Shown here piece after piece: positions 38,409 to 52,412 of a stretch of DNA of 64,000 bases (its first letter is position 1; the number at the start of each line of letters is the position of its first letter). The notes below the pieces were generated by a model, which saw only the letters and a program-made list of their open reading frames with translations, was not told the origin of the DNA and searched no databases. The stretch comes from Octopus vulgaris (Eukaryota). The DNA lies in the NCBI GenBank assembly GCA_951406725.2, contig OX597820.1, forward strand, positions 116,560,001 to 116,624,000. Direction: 5' to 3'. Position numbers and translations under genes: made by a program.

Positions 38409-41400
38409 CTGAAACAAAAGCAACAAAACACAAACACATTTATAAAAATTACAACAGGAACAAAAACATCAAAAATAATTGACACAAGAAAGAAATAAAC
38501 AAAACATACAAAAGAACATAAACACTAGTAAAAATGACAACACTGAAGACAAAGATAAGAACAAGAATGATGAGAAGAACAACAACAAAACCAATGATGG
38601 CAATAGCTACAACAACAAGATGTACTTTGCAATGGGTTTAAATACAAGGGTCACACACTGAAGCTTCAGGACAACCCCTGTTTCTAGTCTCACTTCAAAG
38701 ACGTCTCGCACTATCAGTTCTAAGCATCTTTTATACTTTTCTCTGCTAGAGAGCTGCATAGATAGCCAGGCAACTAACATGAGAGTTGTTTCCCTTGCTT
38801 TCGTGTGTTTCTTGGCAACACAAGGCAGCAGGAAAACAAGACAACAACAACAAAGCATTGAGATAAATGGTGGCAACAAAAATAATGACAGCCACAACAG
38901 TGATGACATGCAGCAGATGCTAAGATCCCAGGGTCTGTTAAGAGCAGAGGTTAGCTATGGTTTTAGGAGAAAAGGTAGCCCCACAAATCCTCATCATTGT
39001 CTAACGTCCGTTTTCCATGCAGGTATAGGTTGGATGGTTTGACTAGGGACTGGCAAGCCATGAGGCCGCGCCAGGGTCCAATCTGATCAGGCAATGTTTC
39101 TACAGCCGGACGCCCTTTCTAACGCTTTTTATGTGCGCCACTGGCATGGGAGCCAATCAGGCAACACTGGCATCGGATGGTGCTTTTTACGTGCTACCAG
39201 CACAGGAGCCAGTCCGGGGGAATGGGGACTGACATCAACCGCATTTGGATGGTGCTTTTCACGCACCACCGACACGGGGAGCCAGTCAGGCAGCACAGGC
39301 AATGACCCATGCATGAATGGTGCTTATTGCGTGCCACCATCTTGAGAGCCTGTCAGGTGGCATGAGCATCAGCCACAACTACAATTTCCATTTTTGATTG
39401 TGATTTGATTTTTGATTTTACTTGACTCAATAGGTCTCCTCAATCATGGTGTGTCGCCTGACAAGTCAAAGGTAGTCATGCGGCACTGGTATAGGCTATG
39501 GTTGTGTTCTCACTTTTCTTGCCGAGTCTTCTCAATCTCAGCCGGTTACGGTTTCTTGTCATTGCTTATTTGTCTGGAAAACAGGTTAGACTCACAAAAC
39601 CAGCCGTGCAGCTAACATTCCAGCTACGTGAACTGAACATGAAGTGGACTGCTCAAATATACCACAAAATACCTCAACAGATTTTACAATGATCAAAGAA
39701 CTTGTAGGACACTTCTGCAATCACAATCATCATAGCATGGCAGTTGTAAATGAATGTCACTGTCATACAAGCAGTGTTATACATTTCCAATATTTCACAA
39801 AAACATGTCTGGCCATAGAGAAACATTACCTTACTTGGAAACAAGCAAGGGTTAGCAACAGGAAGGGCATCTGGCAGTAGATCTGCTTCAATAAAATCCA
39901 CCTGACTCATTCAAGCATGGGAAAGTGGATATTAAAATGATGATGAACTACAAAAGCTGTGTGAGGTTACAGTGATGAACTACTGACTATAAGAGAAAAA
40001 TTTCAAACTCTACAATATACTAACTTTACTACAGTCAGTATATTGTATCATTAAACAAAGTATACAATTCCACTTGCCCCAGTCAGTGGTCAATGAAATG
40101 AAGGGCAACTCGCTGTCAAAAAAATATTTTGACAACATGCAAATTTACACTTGCGGCTAGCTTGAAAATAGTACTTGTTAGTTCTATAAACCTTTTAGTT
40201 AATATTAACACTTAAGAACCAATCTCACTGAAGATATTCATGAGAGAAATACATTGAGGTAGTTTCCCATCAACTATTCTAAATCAGCTGAAACACTCAT
40301 CAGTTTTGCAGTGCTGCCATTGTTAACATTTTGGATTGTAGAGCAACATGCCTGAGGAGATCTATTGAGTCAAGTACAACATCAACAACAATATCAAAAT
40401 CAAATCACAATGAAATGGAAATTGTAGTTGTGGTCCCTGTGCCAGAGGCACGTAAAAAGCACCATCCAAACATTGTCAATGCCAACCCCTTTGCCCCAAC
40501 TGGTTTTTGTGCTGGTGGTATGTAAAAAGCACCATCCAAACGTGGTCGATACCAGCCCTCTCGCCCCGACTGGCCCCCGTGCCAGTGGCACATTAAAAGC
40601 ACCATCCGATTATGATCAATGCCAGCCCCCTCTGGCCCCTGTGCCAGTGGAACATAAAAAGCACCCACTACACTCTCTGAGTGGTTGGCATTAGGAAGGC
40701 ATCCAGCTGTAGAAACACTGCCAGATCAAACTGGAGCCTGGTGCAGCCTCCTGGCTTTCCAGACCCCAGTCAAACCGTCCAACCCATGCCAGCATGGAAA
40801 ACGGATATTAAAAGATGATGATGATGATGATGTATCTATGAGCAGAGTGTTTCACTCTCAAATGGCTCAGTAAATAGTTACTAAGTATCATTTCTTTTGG
40901 GATTTTTACCATGTGTAATGTATTAGACAGCCATGTAGATGTCAATGTCACTACATCCAAGCTATCGAATTTGACCTGATCACCATATTAATTCCAAAGA
41001 AAGTCCAGTTGCATTGATCTTAACATTCTAATGTTTTCTTCCTTTGCCAATTACTGCATACTGCAGTGGTTAATTTCATCAATTTTGCCTTTTTAAAAGG
41101 AGTTTACGTCAGACCCATATCAAACACTGCTTGCTGAATGAATTCAAAAGGAACTCTTCAGCAATGAAAGTGTCAAGAAATATTTGTTCTGTCTATAGGC
41201 CTTTGCCAGCCTCGCCTGGCCCCCGTACCAGTAGCACGTAAAAAGCAACATCCGTCCGTGGCCGTTTGCCAGCTCCGTCTGGCACCTGTGCGGGTGGCAC
41301 GTAAAAAGCACCCACTACACTCACGGAGTGGTTGGCGTTAGGAATGGCATCTAGCTGTAGAAACACTGCCAGATCAGACTGGGCCTGATGCAGCCTTCTG

Positions 41401-42115
41401 GCTTCACAGACCCCAGTTGAACCGTCCAACCCATGCTAGCATGGAAAACGGATGCTAAACGATGATGATATAGAAGACAGGACCAAAAAGCACCTGAGCT
41501 GGTGCCATGTGAAAAGCACACGGTACACTTTGTAAAGTGGTTGGCATTAGGCAAGGGATCTAGCTGTAGAAACATTACCAAAACAGACAATTGGAGCCTG
41601 TTGCAGTCCCCCAGCTGACCAGCTTGTGTCAAACTGTCCAACCCATGCCAGGATGGAAAACAGATTTTAAATGATGACGATGATGTAAATGAAGTTTTAA
41701 TTGACTGAACAGGCTAACAAGGGTTTAGTCATTTTAGCTTGAGAATTTTTCTCTTACAGGTTCCCCCTCAACGTAGACGACAAAGTTCTGTCAATAATGG
41801 AGCTTCTGAAAACCATAGTTGAAGAGAATTCAAAACAAACTGCATGCAAATGTTTTGCGGTGCCGTGAATCGAATGAAGGAAATATTCGAATACGAGGGT
41901 GGCTATTCATGTTGGACTACAACATAGAAGATATACCGGAAAATATAAGATATGATGAACTAACTAAAAAATACGGCATTGGTATACCGGTGGACAAATG
42001 GAATTGAAAGAAATAAGAGACGCAGTTGGGGCAGGTGGCTCATCTCCATTTATCATTTTCATGCATTATATCACTCATTATATCACTCAAGGAAATTGAT
42101 AACGTTTGAACTGAC

Positions 42116-42349
42116 CTGTGTTGTTGCAGTGCCGCAACTAGAAGCATCATCATCATAGTCATCATCCCAATCATCATCGTCCCAATCGTCAAAACTGGCT
42201 TGTTTGGGGGGTGCCGATGGCTGGATTGGCTGGGAGATAAAACTTCCACTACCATGGTTCCTTGTGACATCATTATATTGGTAACTGCTGTTCTGAAACT
42301 GTTGAGGGACAGGAGGTGGAGGAAAAGATGGTTCTGGAAGAGAATAGAT
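42116..42349 (-). CDS. SH3PX1: Sorting nexin low-complexity exon (IYSLPEPSFPPPPVP...FDDWDDDDWDDDYDDDASSCGTATTQ)
   Basis: Acidic DDW motifs typical of the SNX9-family LC domain; ttttccag acceptor, gtcagt donor; 234 nt, phase 0-0. Confidence 0.92.
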
Positions 42350-44350
42350 CTGGAAAATACAAAAATTTGGGAAATATATAAATAAATGATTTATCTCAAT
42401 AAAAGAAATTAATATGTTAAAATATATAAAAGAGAATGTAGGTCAATATATTCCAAGATTTTGGTCACAAGTTTGGATTTATGGAACTGAAATTTTGCAT
42501 AGCAGCACATCTTTTCAAAGAGGAGGGCAATGACTATGTAACCCTTTTTTTTTATGATTTTGTTCCAAACAAGTCTTGAGGCCATTGTAATGTAAGGGAT
42601 AACAAAGAGGGAAAAGAAGGGGCCTACAAATCCAAAAGATGTTAATTGACAAAGAGCTTAAAGGACTAAACATTAGAGACCAGAAGAAAACAAGATGATG
42701 GTAATGTGTTTCAAAGAGCAGAAGTTTGAGGAAAGAAGTTGTTAGAATAAACAGATTTATGTCTAACAGGAAGATCAACAGAGAAATGATGCACCTGGGA
42801 AGAGAAATGAGTGACACAGGTGCTTATTTATTCGCTTTTGTTTTAATTAACCATACATTATCTCATAGCTTTGATATTTCAATGATGTGTTTATTTATAG
42901 AATGTCACTGTAGGGTAAGTGTAAGAGGCTGGATCTCATCAGTTTGAACACAACAGTGGTAGTATATTTGGACTGGATGTGGTTGGTTTAAATGCTAAAA
43001 GGTTAAAATTCTTGACAGAAGGTACCAGACCAGGAAGTTCGGAGCTAATGGACATGGCAATACTTGTAGAAAAGACAGCAAAGATACATTTTGACAATGA
43101 GCCAAAGAATCCAACCTGGTAGAAAGAGGAGGAACCATCTTGTTAAACAACTTGGTTCTGGATCCCGTCATGCAAGGAGAACACTCAGAAAAGTGTTCTT
43201 TTGAATTCCAGATGGTTTTCATATTGTCTTTCAAAGCAATCTCCACTTCTCATGTAACTTTATACTTTAAGAAGGATTATCTAACACTTGGATCCTCTGT
43301 TTGCTTCACCCACATGAATGGGTAAAACCTTGAACAAAGCTGCACAGAAGTGTCTGTGGGATGAATATGTATTGAAAGAGAATCAACTAAATGTATGTGA
43401 ATGCTTCATCAAAGGAGAATTAGGACACTTATGCAGCAGAAACACGTGTCGGATTGGAATCTAGTATGAATTTAATGAGAACAATACAGCAATAAACAAA
43501 TTTTGAAGATGTGTATGCCAGTGGGTGTAACCAGCCCACTTATGAGTACCCCTCATTCACTGGACAATGAACTTTGCTTGTGAAGACCTATTGAGGCAAG
43601 TGAAATTAAAATCACTGATGTGGCCGATGACAGTACCACATGATTGGCACTCGTGCCAGTGGAACGATAGAAGCACATCCAAGCATGATTGTTGCCAGGG
43701 CTACGGATTGGCTCCCGTGCCGGTGGCACATGAAAAGCAGCATTCAAGCATGATCGTTGCCAGTGTCTTGAAGTGGTTGGCGTTAGGAAACGCATCCAGC
43801 TGTAAAAACCTTGCCAGATTCCGATTGGAGCCTGGTGCAGCCTTCTGGCTCACCAGTCCTCAGTCAAACTGTCCAACCCATGTCAGCATGGAAAGCAGAC
43901 GTTAAACGATGATGATGATAACATTTATGTGACCAGAAGTCAACCCTGATAGGATTTCAACTTGTGAATATTAGAAAATGTTTTGTGTTTCTCTTGATGA
44001 AATGAAAAATCTGAATTTGTTTGTTTTGTCAATGAAAGCCATTACGAGTTTCATTATGAATTTGCTTTCTTTACAGACAAGAAAACTTTCAAGACAGAAT
44101 GACATTAAAGATGTGATTTTTGTTCTTTTTAGGAGAGGTAAGAGTAAATGTGGTGTTTTTGGGAAACAGGAAGGCAGAGGAAAAAATGAAGGGGGAAAAT
44201 AAAGGAGATTGGAGAGAATTGAAACAAAATCTGCATAGAAGGGGACAGAGAGAAAATGGAAAAGAAAGAATGATAGAGCAAGAGATAGAAGGAGTGAGAT
44301 AAAGACCGAAAGAAGAGGAGGAAAATGAGAAAGAGTAAAGAGGGGGGAGA

Positions 44351-44388
<38 letters not shown>

Positions 44389-46941
44389 ACAGATAGCATA
44401 GAATGGAAGAAAGTTAGAAAGATGGTAGAAGGAAAGAAGTTAAGCAGAGATACAGTGCAGTATCAGAGCAGCAGACAGGCCAGATCTCATGATGGCCAGT
44501 GGATAAGACATGTGCAATGTCACAGTATCCACTCAGTGGTGGTTTCCCGACTGAAAGAAGTAGACTGTGTTATAAATGTTGGTTTAAAGAACTGTGGCCT
44601 CTTTGTGAAAGAACAAGAAAACTGCAAAAAAAAACAAGTCTTTATCAGTTACTAACAGACATGCTGTGCAATGGCTGGCTTCTCTTTCTCTCTTTTACTT
44701 GTTTCAGTCATTTGACTGCGGCCATACTGGGGCACCGCCTTTAATGTTTGTTTATATTTTATATCGTGTATTTTGTGAACAATGATATCATTGGTCATAT
44801 GTCATCCAATGAGCCAATCACTGGTTCACTGCATTTATGATGACAACAATGACAAGGGAGTGTCTCTGTAACTGGGGCAAAGTAAATATTACAAAGGTAT
44901 TTTTGTTCAAATGCACCACTATTGATTTTTTGTTGATGGGCACATACATACCTATCCAGACACACACACACACCTTTCTGTATCTGCAATGAAAGACAAA
45001 GATGATGTGTGTGTATATATGTGTGTATGCATGTATACATATACTTCATCACTTTACAGCCACTTTCCCAGCTGGTATGGGTTAGGCAGTAATGTGTGTA
45101 TGTATGTGTGTGTGTATACACATATTCAGAGTTACTTCTCTTGCAGACAGGTTGGAGGACTTCATTCCATTTACACATTCTGTTTTCAGCATCATTTTCA
45201 TCATTGGAATGTCTTTCAGAAGAGAACCAAATACCAAATGCGTTTTATCATGGCACCAGCAGAAGAGTGGTTGCTTTGTTCTTTGCAAAACTAAAAGTGT
45301 TTTTTTTACTCTATGGCATCTTTATTCTTTCAATGCAAACTTAACAAAGGAAGGATGGCTAAGAGTGTAAAAGAGGAGTAAAGTGTGTGAATATGAAAGA
45401 GGAAAGAGTGTGATGGGGTGCAGAGGAGAGGCGGAGATAAACAGTGGGAGCTACATGTTGGCAGGAGGCTGCATAGAATACAATATGGAAGCGAGGTAGA
45501 CAGAGGAAAAGGTGGAGGAGGAGAATGGGAGGGTTGGTTTGAAAAAGGAAGATGCCCCAAACTGGGCAAGATGGCGAGATGGTGTGAGGGCAGTTGCTAT
45601 GGCATTGAGGTAGATCCAGCCACCCCCGTTAATGGGAACAAAACCCAGATTTAAAACACTGGATGGTGATGATGATGATGAGCCACGCACTTATGTGGGA
45701 TTGTTGTGAACACATCACACACTCAGATTATTGTCTTGTACTCTTCAGCACCGGCTCATTATTCTCAACTAACACTCTTGAATTTCCCCTTGACACACAA
45801 TATGAAGAAGAGTGTGCTTGTATTGATTCAATAACCCAGGAAAGGTTACAGGGTGAGATTGTTTCAAGGACATGAGTCACACAGAATGACTGTGAGCTGT
45901 TACAAATTAAATCCATCGTGCAGGTTCAAATTTCCAACTGAGATGTGTTTCATTGGATTTCCCACCTTGAAAACTGACCTCTGGTTTATAATTTCTAACA
46001 AAACTCTGTAATGATGACAGACAGTTAAAATACTACTCAAGATATGACTCATTAAAATTTTTTCAATTACAAGAAATACATAGAATCAGACAGCCTCTAA
46101 TTCAAAATAGTAACCCACCAACTCTGGAAAACGTTTTTCTCAACAAATTCCAATATAATCATAATCTACATCACCTGAAAGATATTTGTAGAAATTTTCA
46201 TTAAAAAATATCCATTTTTCAGAAAGTTATAAAGAAGCAGATTTGGGAATCAGTTGAAAAAAAATGAGACAAATTTATATTAGGTACAATTGGCATATTC
46301 AGCTTTCTATTTCTTCTTCAATGCCCAACAAATATGAAAGGGTACTGGAATCAAGATATTTTGGCTTATGCTGGATAAAACTTGGAATTTGGAGAAATGT
46401 TTGTACTGATATTTCTGTAGAAAGTAACATTGAAAAATTTGGGCAGAATTATAAACAAAGATGTTAAAAGACACTTTCATGCAGTGTGAGACCTCAACAT
46501 TACAGGGAATAAAAATGGGTTTTGTGACTGAATTGTAAAGTATAAATCTTCAATAATAAAAGAATTCTGAAACCACATTTTGATAAGGAAACAGAACATT
46601 AACATTGGAATTTATAAGAATTTTTGAGACAATATAGACTTTAATAATGATTTTCTTTTAGTAAAAGTCACATGCTCCAAACTAATTAATAAGCAGCTTT
46701 CTTATGGTATAAGAGTAGACATTTGGATCAGAACAAAAGGTTATTTTATGGAATTTTCCAATGACAGAATTACAGTTGTTATCAAAGAATGTTTAACAAA
46801 ATTTCAACTGAAACTAATTTAAAAATATTTTAAATGCAGTTAGCAATATAAGACTAGGTGCCCTCTCAGGTGATTTAGTATCAAAAGAGCTAAAGGTTGG
46901 AAGAGATTTCTACATTAGTAAATAGTTAGCTAGATACTTAC

Positions 46942-47016
46942 TTCAACATAGGATTCTGGAATGAGGCCTTGTTCTCCACTGGAGCTGCGAGCTTCCCACC
47001 AGCCATCCCCAATGTC
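46942..47016 (-). CDS. SH3PX1: Sorting nexin SH3 C-half exon (DIGDGWWEARSSSGEQGLIPESYVE)
   Basis: GWW and GLIPxSYV SH3 motifs; ttgcag acceptor, gtaagt donor; 75 nt, phase 0-0. Confidence 0.95.
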
Positions 47017-47813
47017 CTGCAATTAAAAACAATCAATGATTAAGACTCCTTCATTTTTATATTGATGAAATAACAAAACACAATCTCTCTCTTTTCTTTT
47101 TTACTTGTTTCAGTCATTTGACTACGGCCATGCTGGAGCACTGCCTTTAGTCGAGCAGATCGGCCCCGGGATTTATTCTTTGTAAGCCCAGTACTTATTC
47201 TATCAGTCTCTTTTGCCAAACCGCTAAGTGACGGGGACATAAACACACCAGCATCGGTTGTCAAGCAATGCTAAGGGGACAAACACAGACACACAAACAT
47301 ATACACACACATACATATATATATACATATATACGACAGGCTTCTTTCAGTTTCCGTCTACCAAATCCACTCACAAAGCATTGGTCGGCCCAGGGCTATA
47401 GCAGAAGACACTTGCCCAAGATGCCACGTATCATTTCCTTTTTTTTTTTTTACTTTTACTCTTTATTTGTATTATTCGGCAGCTTATTTTTTGATGAACT
47501 TCTCCTAATAAGAGGTAAAAAATAGGGTTTGTATTATTCAAGGTACTTCAGTATAATTTCACACATGTGAAACAACACAAAAACAGACATATTTTTTTAT
47601 GGGACTGCGGTTAGATTCAGTTTCCTTTTCTTTAGCTGATGTGAGAAATATCTCCCCTTGGATGTAACACCAACCTGTCACAGACAGCATCTCCAAATCA
47701 ACTGATAGCAATTTTCTATATTTAGATGTACTGAGTCAGTTTAAGAGGAAAGTGTTCTTCTCAGACATACAATATCTCCATAGGATATAAACAAGTAAGC
47801 CAATTCATTTTAG

Positions 47814-47866
<53 letters not shown>

Positions 47867-47869
<3 letters not shown>

Positions 47870-48002
47870 TACTTAAGTTAAAGGCACCAGAATTTGGTAT
47901 GGTATTATCTATATAAATCAAAATGGGGTGATTATAATCAAAATAAGCAACAAGGATATCCAGAGGTAATGCAGAACCTCTGGATATCCTTGTTGCTTAC
48001 TT

Positions 48003-48051
<49 letters not shown>

Positions 48052-48238
48052 TTCAGCAAAAATTTAGATTCAGATGAATATGGTGCTTAAGTTAAAGGCA
48101 CCAGAATTTGGTATGGTATTATCCATATAATTTTAAATGGGATGATTATAATCAAAATAAGCAACAAGGATATCCAAGGTAGTGTAGTACAATCGTTTCA
48201 TGCTACTTCATTTAATTTAACAATGTAAGTATTGCATC

Positions 48239-48240
<2 letters not shown>
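47867..48240. repeat. Direct plus inverted repeat element embedded in (TA)n; Penelope-like terminal repeat candidate
   Basis: ~100-bp segment duplicated (from 47867 and from ~48081) and a 30-bp inverted repeat 47937-47966 / 47977-48006. Confidence 0.55.
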
Positions 48241-48301
<61 letters not shown>

Positions 48302-49304
48302 TAGGTGTGACATATATAATGGCCCATTAGTCATTTTATCGTAATATAAAATGTTTTAAGTTTTGGTTAATGTTTACAGATTGGTTGTTATATTTATTGA
48401 CAATACTTTGCATATATTTACAATTCAAATTGGTCAACCCTCTGCTCTCGCCACAGCCCTTAATCTTTTCTTTCACAACTGTTTAATCACCTCACATTTC
48501 TTTAAGCCGGCCATTTTCAGTGTTACAATTTGTTCAAGTTTTGTTTGTATTTAATTAAGGGTAAACGATGAAACAAATGTTACGAAGCATTATACAACAT
48601 TTACAACTATTTTTGCAAATAAGAATGATTCAGTTTATGGTTGAATAATGCATGAATGTATATTCAGTACCTGGTGTGTGTGTGTGTGTATGCATAGAGA
48701 GAGAGAGGGGGTGGATGGGGGAGTAGTGAGAGAGAGAGAAAGCAGAAATGTAGTGAGGCTGATTTTGAATGTCATCAATGTACCTGAAGTGTTATACATA
48801 TCAAATACAAATACAATAGGATATTACATATATAATAAAGCCAGTTGAAAAACTTTCATTAGCTGAGATTATCTGAGAAAGTTAAAGGCTAAAAATTTCC
48901 CTTCAGGTGTTGTTTAAAAAATCTAAAGACCTGGAAGAAAGGCAATAAAATAATTTGATTTAAATGTTTGTAAAACACCAAAACTCAGTACTTAATATTC
49001 CCCCAGGGGTATTTTGTCACGGCCATATTGTTGATATTAATGTATGTCACTACAATCCTCGTTTCTATATCTATTGATTCTATACTTATTGATTAACTGT
49101 AGTCTTGGCAATTGAAGAGAATATGCTTCACTAATAAGATCGAACAACAGCACAATACATTCATTGCTTTCACCTGTTATTTCGCCTGAAGTCTGTTTCA
49201 TCCAACAGACCCATGATCTAATGTAGTGGTTTGGAAATAGTGTGCCAAAAGGGATATCTAGGTCTGTCACAGATTTTTAAAATGCATAATTGAAGGATTT
49301 AGTT

Positions 49305-49520
49305 AGTTAGTTAGTTAGTTAATTTTTTGGCTCAAAAAGCAAGGCCATGTAGGGGGACATGGAGTTAAGTACAGGGTGGTGTTCATGTAAAGAGTTCAGG
49401 CCACTTGAGGTCAAGGGAGACTTTGAACAAAGCGGTCGTCGGCATCTTCACCATCTCGTCTGGCAGCTTGTTCCACGGATCCGCAACCCGGACGGAGAAA
49501 GCCCCTCTCCTTCGATTGAG
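49305..49520 (-). mobile_element. CR1/L2-type LINE 3' end with (TAAC)n tail
   Basis: LNRRRGAFSVRVADPWNKLPDEMVKMPTTALFKVSLDLKWPELFT*; (ttag)n at about 49298-49320 on plus. Confidence 0.82.
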
Positions 49521-49920
49521 GCACAGCTGTGAGGTTAAGAAGCTTGCTTCCCCCACCATCCCATGGAATGGCACTTTGGGCAAGTGTCTTCTATTGGGCA
49601 AGTCTTAGGTCATCCAAAGCCTTGTGAGTGGATTTGGCACACAGAAACTGAAAGAAGTGCTTTGTATATATCATGTGTGTGTGCATGCGTTAGACTTGTC
49701 TTGACATCATGTGAAGGTTATAAATGAGTGTCATCATGGTACAAGTGAAATTATTTCCTGTCCTCCACAAGAAACATATCCTGGCCTTGGGGAAATATTA
49801 TTTTGCAAGGAACCAGGTGAAGGTCGCCATGAACGGCATTCAGCTGTAGAAAATTCGTCTCAACAAAATTCCATCTGGCCCATGCAATCATGGAACAGTG
49901 GATGTTAAAATGATGAAGAA
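49520..49920 (+). mobile_element. Older SINE with family A head and family B-like tail
   Basis: CORE-like head, (TG)n, then ggcattcagctgtagaaaa...cccatgcaatcatggaacagtggatgttaaaatgatg; similar at about 13938-14265 and 54477-54935. Confidence 0.7.
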
Positions 49921-51284
49921 TATGATAATTTAAGGATTTACAAATTCCATACTAATGCTTGAGCATCTTGAAAAAATACAATTCATAATTTTGTTTTCCA
50001 CCATTATGATTAAGAAAACAAGAAAAAGTTTCCTTTTTTTTTTACTTTCCACATAAAATGCTTTTGTAATTTTTGGTTTGATCTCCAGTGAGTCAAAATT
50101 CAAAATGACTGACAACAACTGATTTATTGTGTTACCACTTTGACCATTCTATCAGTTTCTTCAGACACAATGCATCCGGGGCCACATTATTCGAGGACTT
50201 TTTCCTCAGTGTTGTCTGAGAATGTCACTTCTTGGCTCCATATACTATATACCATCCTTAAATACCTTTGCTTAGTATTTAAGCCTCTCATTTTCACATG
50301 ACCATTTCTGTGTCAAACCCTCAACTCACAATCTGGCTTTCCTAAGGCAGCTACTTTCTGGAACTTCTCCATATTATGTTAACAAGATTACTTCTATCCA
50401 TTTCTCCCAGAATTCCTTGTTTAGAAGTGCAGTGGGGAACTGGGCAGCCAGTTGGCAGAGTTGTCAGAGAGTCGGATACATTCCATTGTGGTATATATTC
50501 CGACTCCTCTCTGCATTCTCACTTCAAATCCACAAAAAACAAATTTGCCCTTCATCCTTTCAGAGTCAGTAAATAAATTACAAAGAACGTACCAGCAGTT
50601 ATTTTCCCCTTTTTTTTTTAGCTTCCTTTCTGACTCTCTTACTCTTTACTCTTTTACTTGTTTCAGTCATTTGACTGCGGCCATGCTGGAGCACCGCCTT
50701 TAGTCGAGCAAATCAACCCCGGGACTTATTCTTTGTAAGCCCAGTACTTATTCTACCGGTCTCTTTTTGCCGAACCGCTAAGATACGGGGTCGTAAACAC
50801 ACCAGCATCGGTTGTCAAGCAACGCTAGGGGGACAAACACAGACACACAAACACACACACACATACAATATATATATATATATATATACGACAGGCTTCT
50901 TTCAGTTTCCGTCTACCAAATCCACTCACAAGGCATTGGTCGGCCCAGGGCTATAGCAGAAGACACTTGCCCAAGATGCCACGCAGTGGGACTGAACCCG
51001 GAACCATGTGGTTGGTTAGCAAGCTACTTACCACACAGCCTCTCCTGCGCCTGTTTCTCTTTTGGGAAGAAATCAGTTGTGGTCAGACCTGGACAGGTTC
51101 AGGCTACAACAGGCTTAAAAGTGTCCAAGATATCCTGTATCCCTATGTCAAATGATACCTCTATGACATCATCAAGGAGTTGAGGCACCAAGGCCAGGAG
51201 ACCTGTAGACACTGCCACTCCTTCTTAAATACAAATGAAAAAGGGGAAGAGATAACCCTGTAGCTATGTGGTTGTAGTCTTGAG

Positions 51285-51590
51285 CAAATTGCCAAAAGTC
51301 TCAATTCCTTGTAATTGCCTCTACAAGGCCCAACATTCGAAGATCATGCTTCACCACCTTGTCCCATGTTTCCCTGGGTCTACCTCTACCACAAGTTCCC
51401 TCCACTGTTAGAGATTAGCACTTCTTCACACAGCTGTCCCTGGCCATACATATCAGTGACCATACCAGCACAGTCATCTTACTTGCACACCACATCTGAT
51501 GCCTCTTATGCCCAACTTTTCTCTCAAGATGCTTACACATTGTCATGCGTGCACACTGACATTGCACCTTGAAAGAAATGAAGCTAGTAT
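51285..51590 (-). mobile_element. RTE-clade LINE ORF C-terminal fragment
   Basis: Minus strand reads DSCVKKC...VEGTCGRGRPRETWDKVVKHDLRMLGLVEA, an RTE-type GRP..TW terminus. Confidence 0.8.
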
Positions 51591-51931
51591 GCTTCACCGG
51601 TTTAATTAATTAAAATTAATCAAATATGGAATGCAATATGGAGTTGCAGATACGTCTTTAACCAAGAAGTTTCCCTTTCATACCTAACTCCCACTTTCTT
51701 AACTCCTCAAACACTCATGTTTATCTCATTTTCATTAGTGTGATTCACCTTCGTTAAGCGATTGGTTCTTAACTAATCAAGACTGCTATTTGAACTTCAG
51801 CATCTCATAAGTTTCAGTATTTCTGAAATCTTATATTTATTTTAAAATAAAAACCTGATTAAATGTGCTTACATAGAAAGATAGATCACACCTGGTTCAC
51901 GGAGACTAAATATAGAATAATAGAAAGGAAG

Positions 51932-52412
51932 TGTAGTGGTTATATATAGCCAGTATCAGGTGTTGATGTGGCTGCATGTATATTATTACAAGAGTGCATT
52001 AAGAGATGAAGAATAAATTCAAGACCTTTATATATATTAACTACATAAAAATATATTTTATTTATTGGTCGATGATGATACATGGAATCAAAATGTAGAA
52101 TCTAGTTGAATGAAGTAATCTATGCAAGAAAGTTCAGAGATAGGAAACATAGAAATAACAGCTAAGTGGTGACTTTCAGTCATGTGGCGTAGAGAAATAG
52201 ACGGACATAGCTATGATGTGAATGGCTCTAAGTCTAATCGACTAAGAAGTGAAGAGGAGGGTTAGCAAGCTGTTTTTTATTAATGGAACACTAGACATTC
52301 TAGAAACTTCCAAGAGAAAGGCTAAGCTTCTTGAATAATTAAGAAACACGTCTCATGACACAGATGCTTCGAGAATCTTAGTAAAGGGAGGTTACTCTAT
52401 AATCATTCTACA
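51932..52412. mobile_element. Candidate solo LTR
   Basis: Starts TGTAG(tggttata) and ends (tataatcatt)CTACA; flanks gaag / caag (3 of 4); 481 bp, unique in the window. Confidence 0.45.

Noticed and set aside
45960-46900. Possible decayed L1/Tx1-like LINE (a similar coding-like relic lies at about 43020-43480)
   Set aside because: Too degenerate to assign motifs by eye.
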